Of a DNA stretch of 64,000 nucleotides, positions 47,049-62,000 are shown piece by piece. A program made the position numbers and the translations under genes. Under the pieces are notes generated by a model. The model worked only from the letters and a program-made list of their open reading frames with translations. It made no database searches and was not told the DNA's origin. Position 1 is the first letter of the stretch. The number at the start of each line of letters is the position of its first letter. Source of the stretch: Nemertoderma westbladi. Taxonomy: Eukaryota > Animalia > Xenacoelomorpha. The stretch is taken from contig JAUCBJ010006743.1 of the NCBI GenBank assembly GCA_032718475.1, forward strand, positions 1-64,000, read 5' to 3'.

Positions 47049-50000
47049 GATCCCCCGGGTTGTGTTCCAGGACGTCTTTACTGATCCCCCCAGGGGTGTG
47101 TTCCAGAACGTGTTTACTGATCCCCCCCAGGGGTGTGTTCTAGAACGTCTTTACTGATCCCCCCCAGGGGTGTGTTCCAGAACGTCTTTACTGATCCCCC
47201 CAGGGCCAGGGGTGTGTTCCAGAACGTCTTTACTGATCCCCCCAGGGGTGTGTTCCAGAACGTCTTTACTGATCCCCCCCAGGGTGTGTTCCAGAACGTC
47301 TTTACTGATCCCCCCAGGGCCAGGGGTGTGTTCCAGAACGTCTTTACTGATCCCCCCAGGGGTGTGTTCCAGAACGTCTTTACTGATCCCCTCCAGGGTG
47401 TGTTCCAGAACGTCTTTACTGATCCCCCCCAGGGGTGTGTTCCAGAACGTCTTTACTGATCCCCCCAGGGGTGTGTTCTAGAACGTCTTTACTGATCCCC
47501 TCAGGGGTGTGTTCCAGAACGTCTTTACTGATCCCCCCCCAGGGTGTGTTCCAGAACGTCTTTACTCATCCCCCCCAGGGGTGTGTTCCAGAACGTCTTT
47601 ACTGATCCCCCCCAGGGGTGTGTTCCAGAACGTCTTTACTGATCCCCCCAGGGGTGTGTTCCAGAACGTCTTTACTGATCCCCCCAGGGGTGTGTTCCAG
47701 AACGTCTTTACTGATCTCCTCAGGGGTGTGTTCCAGAACGTCTTTACTGATCCCCCCCCAGGGTGTGTTCCAGAACGTCTTTACTGATCCCCCCCAGGGG
47801 TGTGTTCCAGAACGTCTTTACTGATCCCCCCCCAGGGTGTGTTCCAGAACGTCTTTACTGATCCCCCCCAGGGGTGTGTTCCAGAACGTCTTTACTGATC
47901 CCCCCAGGGGTGTGTTCCAGAACGTCTTTACTGATCTCCTCAGGGGTGTGTTCCAGAACGTCTTTACTGATCCCCCCCCAGGGTGTGTTCCAGAACGTCT
48001 TTACTGATCCCCCCCAGGGGTGTGTTCCAGAACGTCTTTACTGATCCCCCCAGGGGTGTGTTCCAGAACGTCTTTACTGATCCCCCCCAGGGGTGTGTTC
48101 CAGAACGTCTTTACTGATCCCCCCAGGGGTGTGTTCCAGAACGTCTTTACTGATCCCCTCAGGGGTGTGTTCCAGAACGTCTTTACTGATCCCCCCCAGG
48201 GGTGTGTTCCAGAACGTCTTTACTGATCCCCTCAGGGGTGTGTTCCAGAACGTCTTTACTGATCCCCCCCAGGGGTGTGTTCCAGAACGTCTTTACTGAT
48301 CCCCCCAGGGGTGTGTTCCAGAACGTCTTTACTGATCCCCCCAGGGTGTGTTCCAGAACGTCTTTACTGATCCCCCCAGGGTGTGTTCCAGAACGTCTTT
48401 ACTGATCCCCCCAGGGGTGTGTTCCAGAACGTCTTTACTGATCCCCTCAGGGGTGTGTTCCAGAACGTCTTTACTGATCCCCCCAGGGGTGTGTTCCAGA
48501 ACGTCTTTACTGATCCCCTCAGGGGTGTGTTCCAGAACGTCTTTACTGATCCCCCCCAGGGTGTGTTCCAGAACGTCTTTACTGATCCCCCCAGGGGTGT
48601 GTTCCAGAACGTCTTTACTGATCCCCCCCAGGGTGTGTTCCAGAACGTCTTTACTGATCCCCCCAGGGGTGTGTTCCAGAACGTCTTTACTGATCCCCCC
48701 AGGGGTGTGTTCCAGAACGTCTTTACTGATCCCCTCAGGGGTGTGTTCCAGAACGTCTTTACTGATCCCCCCCAGGGGTGTGTTCCAGAACGTCTTTACT
48801 GATCCCCCCCAGGGGTGTGTTCCAGAACGTCTTTACTGATCCCCCCAGGGGTGTGTTCCAGAACGTCTTTACTGATCCCCCCCAGGGGTGTGTTCCAGAA
48901 CGTCTTTACTGATCCCCCCAGGGGTGTGTTCCAGAACGTCTTTACTGATCCCCTCAGGGGTGTGTTCCAGAACGTCTTTACTGATCCCCCCCAGGGGTGT
49001 GTTCCAGAACGTCTTTACTGATCCCCCCAGGGGTGTGTTCCAGAACGTCTTTACTGATCCCCTCAGGGGTGTGTTCCAGAACGTCTTTACTGATCCCCCC
49101 CAGGGGTGTGTTCCAGAACGTCTTTACTGATCCCCCCAGGGGTGTGTTCCAGAACGTCTTTACTGATCCCCCCAGGGTGTGTTCCAGAACGTCTTTACTG
49201 ATCCCCCCAGGGGTGTGTTCCAGAACGTCTTTACTGATCCCCCCCAGGGGTGTGTTCCAGAACGTCTTTACTGATCCCCCCAGGGGTGTGTTCCAGAACG
49301 TCTTTACTGATCCCCCCAGGGGTGTGTTCCAGAACGTCTTTACTGATCCCCCCAGGGTGTGTTCCAGAACGTCTTTACTGATCCCCCCAGGGGTGTGTTC
49401 CAGAACGTCTTTACTGATCCCCCCAGGGGTGTGTTCCAGAACGTCTTTACTGATCCCCCCAGGGGTGTGTTCCAGAACGTCTTTACTGATCCCCCCAGGG
49501 GTGTGTTCCAGAACGTCTTTACTGATCCCCCCAGGGGTGTGTTCCAGAACGTCTTTACTGATCCCCTCCAGGGTGTGTTCCAGAACGTCTTTACTGATCC
49601 CCCCCAGGGGTGTGTTCCAGAACGTCTTTACTGATCCCCCCAGGGGTGTGTTCCAGAACGTCTTTACTGATCCCCCCCAGGGGTGTGTTCCAGAACGTCT
49701 TTACTGATCCCCCCAGGGGTGTGTTCCAGAACGTCTTTACTGATCCCCCCAGGGGTGTGTTCCAGAACGTCTTTACTGATCCCCTCAGGGGTGTGTTCCA
49801 GAACGTCTTTACTGATCCCCCCCAGGGGTGTGTTCCAGAACGTCTTTACTGATCCCCCCAGGGGTGTGTTCCAGAACGTCTTTACTGATCCCCCCAGGGG
49901 TGTGTTCCAGAACGTCTTTACTGATCCCCTCCAGGGTGTGTTCCAGAACGTCTTTACTGATCCCCCGGGCCAGGTGTGTGTTCCAGAACGTCTTTACTGA

Positions 50001-53000
50001 TCCCCCCCAGGGTGTGTTCCAGAACGTCTTTACTGATCCCCCCAGGGGTGTGTTCCAGAACGTCTTTACTGATCCCCTCAGGGGTGTGTTCCAGAACGTC
50101 TTTACTGATCCCCTCAGGGGTGTGTTCCAGAACGTCTTTACTGATCCCCCCAGGGGTGTGTTCCAGAACGTCTTTACTGATCCCCCCCAGGGGTGTGTTC
50201 CAGAACGTCTTTACTGATCCCCCCAGGGGTGTGTTCCAGAACGTCTTTACTGATCCCCCCAGGGGTGTGTTCCAGAACGTCTTTACTGATCCCCCCAGGG
50301 GTGTGTTCCAGAACGTCTTTACTGATCCCCTCAGGGGTCTGTTCCAGAACGTCTTTACTGATCCCCTCAGGGGTGTGTTCCAGAACGTCTTTACTGATCC
50401 CCCCAGGGGTGTGTTCCAGAACGTCTTTACTGATCCCCTCAGGGGTGTGTTCCAGAACGTCTTTACTGATCCCCCCCAGGGGTGTGTTCCAGAACGTCTT
50501 TACTGATCCCCCCAGGGGTGTGTTCCAGAACGTCTTTACTGATCCCCCCAGGGTGTGTTCCAGAACGTCTTTACTGATCCCCCCCAGGGTGTGTTCCAGA
50601 ACGTCTTTACTGATCCCCCCAGGGGTGTGTTCCAGAACGTCTTTACTGATCCCCCCCAGGGGTGTGTTCCAGAACGTCTTTACTGATCCCCTCAGGGGTG
50701 TGTTCCAGAACGTCTTTACTGATCCCCCCCAGGGGTGTGTTCCAGAACGTCTTTACTGATCCCCCCCAGGGTGTGTTCCAGAACGTCTTTACTGATCCCC
50801 CCAGGGGTGTGTTCCAGAACGTCTTTACTGATCCCCCCCCTCAGGAGTCTGTTCCAGAACGTCTTTACTGATCCCCCCCAGGGGTGTGTTCCAGAACGTC
50901 TTTACTGATCCCCTCAGGGGTGTGTTCCAGAACGTCTTTACTGATCCCCCCCAGGGGTGTGTTCCAGAACGTCTTTACTGATCCCCCCAGGGGTGTGTTC
51001 CAGAACGTCTTTACTGATCCCCCCAGGAGTCTGTTCCAGAACGTCTTTACTGATCCCCCTCAGGGGTGTGTTCCAGAACGTCTTTACTGATCCCCTCAGG
51101 GGTCTGTTCCAGAACGTCTTTACTGATCCCCCCAGGGGTCTGTTCCAGAACGTCTTTACTGATCCCCCCAGGGGTGTGTTCCAGAACGTCTTTACTGATC
51201 CCCCCCAGGGGTGTGTTCCAGAACGTCTTTACTGATCCCCCCAGGGGTGTGTTCCAGAACGTCTTTACTGATCCCCTCAGGGGTCTGTTCCAGAACGTCT
51301 TTACTGATCCCCTCAGGGGTGTGTTCCAGAACGTCTTTACTGATCCCCCCCAGGGTGTGTTCCAGAACGTCTTTACTGATCCCCCCAGGGGTGTGTTCTA
51401 GAACGTCTTTACTGATCCCCCCCCTCAGGAGTCTGTTCCAGAACGTCTTTACTGATCCCCCCAGGGGTGTGTTCCAGAACGTCTTTACTGATCCCCCCCA
51501 GGGGTGTGTTCCAGAACGTCTTTACTGATCCCCCCCAGGGGTGTGTTCCAGAACGTCTTTACTGATCCCCCCAGGGGTGTGTTCCAGAACGTCTTTACTG
51601 ATCCCCCCAGGGGTGTGTTCCAGAACGTCTTTACTGATCCCCCCAGGGGTGTGTTCCAGAACGTCTTTACTGATCCCCCCAGGGTGTGTTCCAGAACGTC
51701 TTTACTGATCCCCCCAGGGGTGTGTTCTAGAACGTCTTTACTGATCCCCCCCCCCTCAGGAGTCTGTTCCAGAACGTCTTTACTGATCCCCTCAGGGGTG
51801 TGTTCCAGAACGTCTTTACTGATCCCCCCCAGGGGTGTGTTCCAGAACGTCTTTACTGATCCCCCCAGGGGTGTGTTCCAGAACGTCTTTACTGATCCCC
51901 TCAGGGGTGTGTTCCAGAACGTCTTTACTGATCCCCCCAGGGGTGTGTTCCAGAACGTCTTTACTGATCCCCCCAGGGGTGTGTTCCAGAACGTCTTTAC
52001 TGATCCCCCCAGGGGTGTGTTCCAGAACGTCTTTACTGATCCCCCCCAGGGGTGTGTTCCAGAACGTCTTTACTGATCCCCTCAGGGGTCTGTTCCAGAA
52101 CGTCTTTACTGATCCCCCCCAGGGGTCTGTTCCAGAACGTCTTTACTGATCCCCCCCAGGGGTGTGTTCCAGAACGTCTTTACTGATCCCCCCCAGGGGT
52201 GTGTTCCAGAACGTCTTTACTGATCCCCTCCAGGGGTGTGTTCCAGAACGTCTTTACTGATCCCCCCAGGGTGTGTTCCAGAACGTCTTTACTGATCCCC
52301 CCAGGGGTGTGTTCCAGAACGTCTTTACTGATCCCCTCAGGGGTCTGTTCCAGAACGTCTTTACTGATCCCCCCAGGGGTGTGTTCCAGAACGTCTTTAC
52401 TGATCCCCCCCAGGGGTGTGTTCCAGAACGTCTTTACTGATCCCCCCAGGGGTCTGTTCCAGAACGTCTTTACTGATCCCCCCAGGGGTGTGTTCCAGAA
52501 CGTCTTTACTGATCCCCCCCAGGGGTGTGTTCCAGAACGTCTTTACTGATCCCCTCCAGGGGTGTGTTCCAGAACGTCTTTACTGATCCCCCCAGGGTGT
52601 GTTCCAGAACGTCTTTACTGATCCCCCCAGGGGTGTGTTCTAGAACGTCTTTACTGATCCCCCCTCAGGGGTCTGTTCCAGAACGTCTTTACTGATCCCC
52701 CCCAGGGGTGTGTTCCAGAACGTCTTTACTGATCCCCTCAGGGTGTGTTCCAGAACGTCTTTACTGATCCCCCCAGGGGTGTGTTCCAGAACGTCTTTAC
52801 TGATCCCCCCCAGGGGTGTGTTCCAGAACGTCTTTACTGATCCCCCCAGGGGTGTGTTCCAGAACGTCTTTACTGATCCCCCCCAGGGGTGTGTTCCAGA
52901 ACGTCTTTACTGATCCCCCCAGGGGTGTGTTCCAGAACGTCTTTACTGATCCCCCCAGGGGTGTGTTCCAGAACGTCTTTACTGATCCCCCCAGGGGTGT

Positions 53001-56000
53001 GTTCCAGAACGTCTTTACTGATCCCCCCCAGGGGTGTGTTCCAGAACGTCTTTACTGATCCCCTCCAGGGGTGTGTTCCAGAACGTCTTTACTGATCCCC
53101 CCCAGGGTGTGTTCCAGAACGTCTTTACTGATCCCCCCCAGGGGTGTGTTCCAGAACGTCTTTACTGATCCCCCCAGGGGTGTGTTCCAGAACGTCTTTA
53201 CTGATCCCCCCCAGGGGTCTGTTCCAGAACGTCTTTACTGATCCCCCCAGGGGTGTGTTCCAGAACGTCTTTACTGATCCCCCCCAGGGTGTGTTCCAGA
53301 ACGTCTTTACTGATCCCCCCAGGGGTGTGTTCCAGAACGTCTTTACTGATCCCCCCAGGGGTGTGTTCCAGAACGTCTTTACTGATCCCCCCCCCCTCAG
53401 GAGTCTGTTCCAGAACGTCTTTACTGATCCCCCCCAGGGGTGTGTTCCAGAACGTCTTTACTGATCCCCTCCAGGGGTGTGTTCCAGAACGTCTTTACTG
53501 ATCCCCCCCAGGGGTGTGTTCCAGAACGTCTTTACTGATCCCCCCCAGGGGTGTGTTCCAGAACGTCTTTACTGATCCCCTCAGGGTGTGTTCCAGAACG
53601 TCTTTACTGATCCCCCTCAGGAGTCTGTTCCAGAACGTCTTTACTGATCCCCCCCAGGGGTGTGTTCCAGAACGTCTTTACTGATCCCCCCAGGGGTGTG
53701 TTCCAGAACGTCTTTACTGATCCCCCCCAGGGGTGTGTTCCAGAACGTCTTTACTGATCCCCCCAGGGTGTGTTCCAGAACGTCTTTACTGATCCCCCCA
53801 GGGGTGTGTTCTAGAACGTCTTTACTGATCCCCCCCCCTCAGGAGTCTGTTCCAGAACGTCTTTACTGATCCCCCCAGGGGTGTGTTCCAGAACGTCTTT
53901 ACTGATCCCCCCAGGGGTGTGTTCCAGAACGTCTTTACTGATCCCCCCAGGGTGTGTTCCAGAACGTCTTTACTGATCCCCCCAGGGGTGTGTTCCAGAA
54001 CGTCTTTACTGATCCCCCCCCTCAGGAGTCTGTTCCAGAACGTCTTTACTGATCCCCCCCAGGGGTGTGTTCCAGAACGTCTTTACTGATCCCCTCAGGG
54101 GTCTGTTCCAGAACGTCTTTACTGATCCCCCCAGGGGTGTGTTCTAGAACGTCTTTACTGATCCCCCCCAGGGGTGTGTTCCAGAACGTCTTTACTGATC
54201 CCCCCCAGGGGTGTGTTCCAGAACGTCTTTACTGATCCCCTCCAGGGGTGTGTTCCAGAACGTCTTTACTGATCCCCCCCAGGGGTCTGTTCCAGAACGT
54301 CTTTACTGATCCCCCCCAGGGGTGTGTTCTAGAACGTCTTTACTGATCCCCCCCAGGGGTCTGTTCCAGAACGTCTTTACTGATCCCCCCAGGGGTGTGT
54401 TCCAGAACGTCTTTACTGATCCCCCCCAGGGGTGTGTTCCAGAACGTCTTTACTGATCCCCCCCAGGGGTGTGTTCCAGAACGTCTTTACTGATCCCCCC
54501 AGGGGTGTGTTCCAGAACGTCTTTACTGATCCCCCCCAGGGGTGTGTTCCAGAACGTCTTTACTGATCCCCCCAGGGGTGTGTTCCAGAACGTCTTTACT
54601 GATCCCCCCCAGGGGTGTGTTCCAGAACGTCTTTACTGATCCCCCCAGGGTCTGTTCCAGAACGTCTTTACTGATCCCCCCAGGGGTGTGTTCTAGAACG
54701 TCTTTACTGATCCCCCCCCTCAGGAGTCTGTTCCAGAACGTCTTTACTGATCCCCCCAGGGGTGTGTTCCAGAACGTCTTTACTGATCCCCCCAGGGTGT
54801 GTTCCAGAACGTCTTTACTGATCCCCCCAGGGGTGTGTTCCAGAACGTCTTTACTGATCCCCCCAGGGGTGTGTTCCAGAACGTCTTTACTGATCCCCCC
54901 AGGGTGTGTTCCAGAACGTCTTTACTGATCCCCCCAGGGGTGTGTTCCAGAACGTCTTTACTGATCCCCCCAGGGGTGTGTTCCAGAACGTCTTTACTGA
55001 TCCCCCCAGGGGTGTGTTCCAGAACGTCTTTACTGATCCCCCTCAGGGGTGTGTTCCAGAACGTCTTTACTGATCCCCCCCAGGGGTGTGTTCCAGAACG
55101 TCTTTACTGATCCCCCCCCTCAGGAGTCTGTTCCAGAACGTCTTTACTGATCCCCCCAGGGGTGTGTTCCAGAACGTCTTTACTGATCCCCCCAGGGTGT
55201 GTTCCAGAACGTCTTTACTGATCCCCCCAGGGGTGTGTTCCAGAACGTCTTTACTGATCCCCCCAGGGGTGTGTTCCAGAACGTCTTTACTGATCCCCCC
55301 CAGGGGTGTGTTCCAGAACGTCTTTACTGATCCCCCCAGGGGTGTGTTCCAGAACGTCTTTACTGATCCCCCCAGGGGTGTGTTCCAGAACGTCTTTACT
55401 GATCCCCCCAGGGGTGTGTTCCAGAACGTCTTTACTGATCCCCCCAGGGGTGTGTTCCAGAACGTCTTTACTGATCCCCCCCAGGGGTGTGTTCCAGAAC
55501 GTCTTTACTGATCCCCCCAGGGGTGTGTTCCAGAACGTCTTTACTGATCCCCCCTCAGGGTCTGTTCCAGAACGTCTTTACTGATCCCCCCAGGGGTGTG
55601 TTCCAGAACGTCTTTACTGATCCCCCCAGGGGTGTGTTCCAGAACGTCTTTACTGATCCCCCCAGGGGTGTGTTCCAGAACGTCTTTACTGATCCCCCCC
55701 TCAGGGTCTGTTCCAGAACGTCTTTACTGATCCCCCCAGGGGTGTGTTCTAGAACGTCTTTACTGATCCCCCCCCTCAGGGGTCTGTTCCAGAACGTCTT
55801 TACTGATCCCCCCAGGGGTGTGTTCCAGAACGTCTTTACTGATCCCCCCAGGGGTGTGTTCCAGAACGTCTTTACTGATCCCCCCAGGGGTGTGTTCCAG
55901 AACGTCTTTACTGATCCCCCCAGGGGTGTGTTCCAGAACGTCTTTACTGATCCCCCCAGGGTGTGTTCCAGAACGTCTTTACTGATCCCCCCAGGGGTGT

Positions 56001-59000
56001 GTTCCAGAACGTCTTTACTGATCCCCCCCAGGGTGTGTTCCAGAACGTCTTTACTGATCCCCCCAGGGGTGTGTTCCAGAACGTCTTTACTGATCCCCCC
56101 AGGGGTGTGTTCCAGAACGTCTTTACTGATCCCCCCAGGGGTGTGTTCCAGAACGTCTTTACTGATCCCCCCAGGGGTGTGTTCCAGAACGTCTTTACTG
56201 ATCCCCCCAGGGGTGTGTTCCAGAACGTCTTTACTGATCCCCCCAGGGTGTGTTCCAGAACGTCTTTACTGATCCCCCCAGGGGTGTGTTCCAGAACGTC
56301 TTTACTGATCCCCCCCAGGGTGTGTTCCAGAACGTCTTTACTGATCCCCCCAGGGGTGTGTTCTAGAACGTCTTTACTGATCCCCCCTCAGGGTCTGTTC
56401 CAGAACGTCTTTACTGATCCCCCCAGGGGTGTGTTCCAGAACGTCTTTACTGATCCCCCCCAGGGTGTGTTCCAGAACGTCTTTACTGATCCCCCCAGGG
56501 TGTGTTCCAGAACGTCTTTACTGATCCCCCCAGGGGTGTGTTCCAGAACGTCTTTACTGATCCCCCCCAGGGTGTGTTCCAGAACGTCTTTACTGATCCC
56601 CCCAGGGGTGTGTTCCAGAACGTCTTTACTGATCCCCCCCAGGGGTGTGTTCCAGAACGTCTTTACTGATCCCCCCAGGGGTGTGTTCCAGAACGTCTTT
56701 ACTGATCCCCCCAGGGGTGTGTTCCAGAACGTCTTTACTGATCCCCCCAGGGGTGTGTTCCAGAACGTCTTTACTGATCCCCCCAGGGGTGTGTTCCAGA
56801 ACGTCTTTACTGATCCCCCCAGGGGTGTGTTCCAGAACGTCTTTACTGATCCCCCCAGGGGTGTGTTCCAGAACGTCTTTACTGATCCCCCCAGGGTGTG
56901 TTCCAGAACGTCTTTACTGATCCCCTCAGGGGTGTGTTCCAGAACGTCTTTACTGATCCCCCCAGGGGTGTGTTCCAGAACGTCTTTACTGATCCCCCCA
57001 GGGGTGTGTTCCAGAACGTCTTTACTGATCCCCCCAGGGGTGTGTTCCAGAACGTCTTTACTGATCCCCCCAGGGGTGTGTTCCAGAACGTCTTTACTGA
57101 TCCCCCCCAGGGGTGTGTTCCAGAACGTCTTTACTGATCCCCCCAGGGGTGTGTTCCAGAACGTCTTTACTGATCCCCCCAGGGGTGTGTTCCAGAACGT
57201 CTTTACTGATCCCCCCAGGGGTGTGTTCCAGAACGTCTTTACTGATCCCCCCAGGGGTGTGTTCCAGAACGTCTTTACTGATCCCCCCAGGGGTGTGTTC
57301 CAGAACGTCTTTACTGATCCCCCCAGGGGTGTGTTCCAGAACGTCTTTACTGATCCCCCCAGGGGTGTGTTCCAGAACGTCTTTACTGATCCCCCCAGGG
57401 GTGTGTTCCAGAACGTCTTTACTGATCCCCCCAGGGGTGTGTTCCAGAACGTCTTTACTGATCCCCCCAGGGGTGTGTTCCAGAACGTCTTTACTGATCC
57501 CCCCAGGGGTGTGTTCCAGAACGTCTTTACTGATCCCCCCAGGGGTGTGTTCCAGAACGTCTTTACTGATCCCCCCAGGGGTGTGTTCCAGAACGTCTTT
57601 ACTGATCCCCCCAGGGGTGTGTTCCAGAACGTCTTTACTGATCCCCCCAGGGGTGTGTTCCAGAACGTCTTTACTGATCCCCCCAGGGGTGTGTTCCAGA
57701 ACGTCTTTACTGATCCCCCCCAGGGGTGTGTTCCAGAACGTCTTTACTGATCCCCCCAGGGTGTGTTCCAGAACGTCTTTACTGATCCCCCCAGGGGTGT
57801 GTTCCAGAACGTCTTTACTGATCCCCCCAGGGGTGTGTTCCAGAACGTCTTTACTGATCCCCCCAGGGGTGTGTTCCAGAACGTCTTTACTGATCCCCCC
57901 AGGGGTGTGTTCCAGAACGTCTTTACTGATCCCCCCAGGGGTGTGTTCCAGAACGTCTTTACTGATCCCCCCAGGGGTGTGTTCCAGAACGTCTTTACTG
58001 ATCCCCCCAGGGGTGTGTTCCAGAACGTCTTTACTGATCCCCCCAGGGGTGTGTTCCAGAACGTCTTTACTGATCCCCCCAGGGGTGTGTTCCAGAACGT
58101 CTTTACTGATCCCCCCAGGGGTGTGTTCCAGAACGTCTTTACTGATCCCCCCAGGGGTGTGTTCCAGAACGTCTTTACTGATCCCCCCAGGGGTGTGTTC
58201 CAGAACGTCTTTACTGATCCCCCCAGGGGTGTGTTCCAGAACGTCTTTACTGATCCCCCCAGGGGTGTGTTCCAGAACGTCTTTACTGATCCCCCCAGGG
58301 GTGTGTTCCAGAACGTCTTTACTGATCCCCCCAGGGGTGTGTTCCAGAACGTCTTTACTGATCCCCCCAGGGGTGTGTTCCAGAACGTCTTTACTGATCC
58401 CCCCAGGGGTGTGTTCCAGAACGTCTTTACTGATCCCCCCAGGGGTGTGTTCCAGAACGTCTTTACTGATCCCCCCAGGGGTGTGTTCCAGAACGTCTTT
58501 ACTGATCCCCCCAGGGGTGTGTTCCAGAACGTCTTTACTGATCCCCCCAGGGGTGTGTTCCAGAACGTCTTTACTGATCCCCCCAGGGGTGTGTTCCAGA
58601 ACGTCTTTACTGATCCCCCCAGGGGTGTGTTCCAGAACGTCTTTACTGATCCCCCCAGGGGTGTGTTCCAGAACGTCTTTACTGATCCCCCCAGGGGTGT
58701 GTTCCAGAACGTCTTTACTGATCCCCCCAGGGGTGTGTTCCAGAACGTCTTTACTGATCCCCCCAGGGGTGTGTTCCAGAACGTCTTTACTGATCCCCCC
58801 AGGGGTGTGTTCCAGAACGTCTTTACTGATCCCCCCAGGGGTGTGTTCCAGAACGTCTTTACTGATCCCCCCAGGGGTGTGTTCCAGAACGTCTTTACTG
58901 ATCCCCCCAGGGGTGTGTTCCAGAACGTCTTTACTGATCCCCCCAGGGGTGTGTTCCAGAACGTCTTTACTGATCCCCCCAGGGGTGTGTTCCAGAACGT

Positions 59001-62000
59001 CTTTACTGATCCCCCCAGGGGTGTGTTCCAGAACGTCTTTACTGATCCCCCCAGGGGTGTGTTCCAGAACGTCTTTACTGATCCCCCCAGGGGTGTGTTC
59101 CAGAACGTCTTTACTGATCCCCCCAGGGGTGTGTTCCAGAACGTCTTTACTGATCCCCCCAGGGGTGTGTTCCAGAACGTCTTTACTGATCCCCCCAGGG
59201 GTGTGTTCCAGAACGTCTTTACTGATCCCCCCAGGGGTGTGTTCCAGAACGTCTTTACTGATCCCCCCAGGGGTGTGTTCCAGAACGTCTTTACTGATCC
59301 CCCCAGGGGTGTGTTCCAGAACGTCTTTACTGATCCCCCCAGGGGTGTGTTCCAGAACGTCTTTACTGATCCCCCCAGGGGTGTGTTCCAGAACGTCTTT
59401 ACTGATCCCCCCAGGGGTGTGTTCCAGAACGTCTTTACTGATCCCCCCAGGGGTGTGTTCCAGAACGTCTTTACTGATCCCCCCAGGGGTGTGTTCCAGA
59501 ACGTCTTTACTGATCCCCCCAGGGGTGTGTTCCAGAACGTCTTTACTGATCCCCCCAGGGGTGTGTTCCAGAACGTCTTTACTGATCCCCCCAGGGGTGT
59601 GTTCCAGAACGTCTTTACTGATCCCCCCAGGGGTGTGTTCCAGAACGTCTTTACTGATCCCCCCAGGGGTGTGTTCCAGAACGTCTTTACTGATCCCCCC
59701 AGGGGTGTGTTCCAGAACGTCTTTACTGATCCCCCCAGGGGTGTGTTCCAGAACGTCTTTACTGATCCCCCCAGGGGTGTGTTCCAGAACGTCTTTACTG
59801 ATCCCCCCAGGGGTGTGTTCCAGAACGTCTTTACTGATCCCCCCAGGGGTGTGTTCCAGAACGTCTTTACTGATCCCCCCAGGGGTGTGTTCCAGAACGT
59901 CTTTACTGATCCCCCCAGGGGTGTGTTCCAGAACGTCTTTACTGATCCCCCCAGGGGTGTGTTCCAGAACGTCTTTACTGATCCCCCCAGGGGTGTGTTC
60001 CAGAACGTCTTTACTGATCCCCCCAGGGGTGTGTTCCAGAACGTCTTTACTGATCCCCCCAGGGGTGTGTTCCAGAACGTCTTTACTGATCCCCCCAGGG
60101 GTGTGTTCCAGAACGTCTTTACTGATCCCCCCAGGGGTGTGTTCCAGAACGTCTTTACTGATCCCCCCAGGGGTGTGTTCCAGAACGTCTTTACTGATCC
60201 CCCCAGGGGTGTGTTCCAGAACGTCTTTACTGATCCCCCCAGGGGTGTGTTCCAGAACGTCTTTACTGATCCCCCCAGGGGTGTGTTCCAGAACGTCTTT
60301 ACTGATCCCCCCAGGGGTGTGTTCCAGAACGTCTTTACTGATCCCCCCAGGGGTGTGTTCCAGAACGTCTTTACTGATCCCCCCAGGGGTGTGTTCCAGA
60401 ACGTCTTTACTGATCCCCCCAGGGGTGTGTTCCAGAACGTCTTTACTGATCCCCCCAGGGGTGTGTTCCAGAACGTCTTTACTGATCCCCCCAGGGGTGT
60501 GTTCCAGAACGTCTTTACTGATCCCCCCAGGGGTGTGTTCCAGAACGTCTTTACTGATCCCCCCAGGGGTGTGTTCCAGAACGTCTTTACTGATCCCCCC
60601 AGGGGTGTGTTCCAGAACGTCTTTACTGATCCCCCCAGGGGTGTGTTCCAGAACGTCTTTACTGATCCCCCCAGGGGTGTGTTCCAGAACGTCTTTACTG
60701 ATCCCCCCAGGGGTGTGTTCCAGAACGTCTTTACTGATCCCCCCAGGGGTGTGTTCCAGAACGTCTTTACTGATCCCCCCAGGGGTGTGTTCCAGAACGT
60801 CTTTACTGATCCCCCCAGGGGTGTGTTCCAGAACGTCTTTACTGATCCCCCCAGGGGTGTGTTCCAGAACGTCTTTACTGATCCCCCCAGGGGTGTGTTC
60901 CAGAACGTCTTTACTGATCCCCCCAGGGGTGTGTTCCAGAACGTCTTTACTGATCCCCCCAGGGGTGTGTTCCAGAACGTCTTTACTGATCCCCCCAGGG
61001 GTGTGTTCCAGAACGTCTTTACTGATCCCCCCAGGGGTGTGTTCCAGAACGTCTTTACTGATCCCCCCAGGGGTGTGTTCCAGAACGTCTTTACTGATCC
61101 CCCCAGGGGTGTGTTCCAGAACGTCTTTACTGATCCCCCCAGGGGTGTGTTCCAGAACGTCTTTACTGATCCCCCCAGGGGTGTGTTCCAGAACGTCTTT
61201 ACTGATCCCCCCAGGGGTGTGTTCCAGAACGTCTTTACTGATCCCCCCAGGGGTGTGTTCCAGAACGTCTTTACTGATCCCCCCAGGGGTGTGTTCCAGA
61301 ACGTCTTTACTGATCCCCCCAGGGGTGTGTTCCAGAACGTCTTTACTGATCCCCCCAGGGGTGTGTTCCAGAACGTCTTTACTGATCCCCCCAGGGGTGT
61401 GTTCCAGAACGTCTTTACTGATCCCCCCAGGGGTGTGTTCCAGAACGTCTTTACTGATCCCCCCAGGGGTGTGTTCCAGAACGTCTTTACTGATCCCCCC
61501 AGGGGTGTGTTCCAGAACGTCTTTACTGATCCCCCCAGGGGTGTGTTCCAGAACGTCTTTACTGATCCCCCCAGGGGTGTGTTCCAGAACGTCTTTACTG
61601 ATCCCCCCAGGGGTGTGTTCCAGAACGTCTTTACTGATCCCCCCAGGGGTGTGTTCCAGAACGTCTTTACTGATCCCCCCAGGGGTGTGTTCCAGAACGT
61701 CTTTACTGATCCCCCCAGGGGTGTGTTCCAGAACGTCTTTACTGATCCCCCCAGGGGTGTGTTCCAGAACGTCTTTACTGATCCCCCCAGGGGTGTGTTC
61801 CAGAACGTCTTTACTGATCCCCCCAGGGGTGTGTTCCAGAACGTCTTTACTGATCCCCCCAGGGGTGTGTTCCAGAACGTCTTTACTGATCCCCCCAGGG
61901 GTGTGTTCCAGAACGTCTTTACTGATCCCCCCAGGGGTGTGTTCCAGAACGTCTTTACTGATCCCCCCAGGGGTGTGTTCCAGAACGTCTTTACTGATCC

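Noticed and set aside
47133-57750. Many ORFs encoding RGVFQNVFTDPP / GVCSRTSLLIPP repeats
   Set aside because: By-product of a 36-bp unit lacking stops in two frames; frequent 1-bp indels switch frames freely, and the starts are GTG.
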